Assembly (NCBI RefSeq): GCF_902713615.1
Contig: NW_024055820.1
Coordinates: forward strand, 1 to 64,000
Reading direction: 5' to 3'
Origin: Scyliorhinus canicula
Taxonomy: Eukaryota
DNA length: 64,000 bases
Shown: positions 62,341-64,000 of the stretch, one piece after another
Numbering within the stretch: the stretch's first letter is position 1
Layout of the letters: every line of letters starts with the position of its first letter
Notes under the pieces: generated by a model
What the model saw: only the letters and a program-made list of their open reading frames with translations
The model's database searches: none
Told to the model about the DNA's origin: nothing
Translations under genes and position numbers: made by a program

Positions 62341-64000
62341 TTTGGATGGATCACAATTGAAAACGTTTACTTTATGTCAGACTGAAACATTTATTGTTTG
62401 AATGGATCAATCCCATTTAATCCATTCATATTCAGGCTAATCTGCCTCACACAGTATTTGGCAGCAATCCAGCCGCCTGCAGTCAGGGAGGCTCGAATGT
62501 TCAAAGTTGTTTACAGGAAGCATCTGGACTTATTTTTTAAAAGATCTGTTTCCCCAGTACTGACCGCTTGGCTGCAAGCCAACTTCAAACTCTTAACATT
62601 GTCAACGAGGACTATTTATAAACAAATATACCCAGCAACAGCACTGGAGATCATTCTTTGTTTTAAATTGTGACCCTGTTTGAACTGCTCCCACCTCGAA
62701 GGAAAGGAGAGTTATCCAGCTTCTCTGGCCACTCTTAGCAGAAATAGCTAGCTGGAGGATCTCTCGAACATCTCATAGTGTTGTGATGATCGATAGAAAT
62801 ACAATCAGACTATCAGACAGAGGGTACATTTTGCAATAGATAAACATGTACGTTTTTGTGCTTTCACCTTTATTCATCCATGGAATGTGCGACTCACTGG
62901 CAAGACCACCATGTGATCCCTGTCCCTAATTACTGTTGAACTGAATGATTTGCGCGGCCAGCTCAGAAGGAACTGAAGAGTCAGACATGTTGCTGTCCGA
63001 CTGGAGCCACATGAAGCTGAGACAAGGGAGATATTTCAGATTTCCTTCATCGATGAAGCAGAGTGGATTCATGGTCACCAGTAATATGTATTCTAGATTT
63101 TTAAATTATATTTCAATTCAACCACCGGCCACAGTGGAATTTGCACCCGAATTCTGTCAGAATGAACCTGGGCCTCTGGATTCCTAGTTCAATGACATTA
63201 ATACTACACCACCATCTTCTCAAAATATAAAAGGGTAACTGCGTCGATGCAGAGCTGAATAATAGTTGAATATTTTGATTCAGGAATTAATAAATGGGAT
63301 TGATAGATGGAGCTATAGATTGGCCTGAAATATGCTGTTCCACATTCTAATTTTTGTGCTTGACTGCTTCGTAAATTGAAGCAGGTCCTTTAAAATGCGT
63401 CAGACTGATAAATTCGGTCCTTCGAGTTGTTCTGGATGAATTTCATCGAAGGTTATCAGGGACTAACGAGCGGGACATCGCAAAGAGGAGGGTGACGATC
63501 TTCCTGCGGTGCTGGTGATTCTTGACTGCTAGTGACGAATCTTCATGTCGAAGGCAGAAAGCAGGAACATGATTACATTGAGGATTACATTGACGGTTGT
63601 AATATTTGGATCATGAGGTCATTTCATGTACCAGCAGGACAAAATCAGTATGCAACAGTATTCTCAAAGGCAGAGCTTTCAACACTCTCAGAATCAAATT
63701 AAACAGAGGGGGTATGTACGGCTCTGATATGATCAAAGGGTGGAACGTGGTCACATTCCCAAGGCATTTCTGTATAGTGATGTAACCGGCGCCACACATC
63801 GAGTGGGGAGGTCAGTGTTCCGCTTCAAGGATTAGATCAAGTGTGTTATGAAGACCCTCCCCAAAAAAATTGATGACCGTACTTGGGAGACACCAGCTGT
63901 CAGCTGTGAAAAATCGTTACACCTCCAATGGCTTGGTGAGATCGACCACGACCAGTGGATTTGGCGTCTTTGCAATCGACACAAGCATAGAAAATAACAA

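Overview
Shark (cartilaginous fish) genomic DNA from an antigen-receptor region; the repeats look catshark-like, which is inference. 8-24 kb: six T-cell receptor alpha/delta-type V segments in mixed orientation, all with 23-bp-spacer RSSs; four look intact and two are pseudogenes. They are interleaved with a duplicated, decaying tRNA-Val/Arg array that carries Penelope fragments. At 24.8 kb is a tRNA-Pro(CGG) with an 18-nt insert at the canonical intron position. 31-34 kb: a two-exon GPR139/142-like class A GPCR, followed by a 371-N assembly gap. 41-60 kb, minus strand: a complete IgM heavy-chain gene (leader, VDJ, CH1-CH4, TM1, TM2). Its V-D-J is already joined in frame in the DNA, and its secretory tailpiece has lost the polymerisation cysteine through two separate lesions. 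The rest is CR1/L1/Penelope retroelements, SINEs and minisatellites, including an ORF1-only L1 insertion with a target-site duplication. All calls are by eye and no database searches were run. Exon and RSS coordinates were counted base by base; repeat boundaries are approximate.
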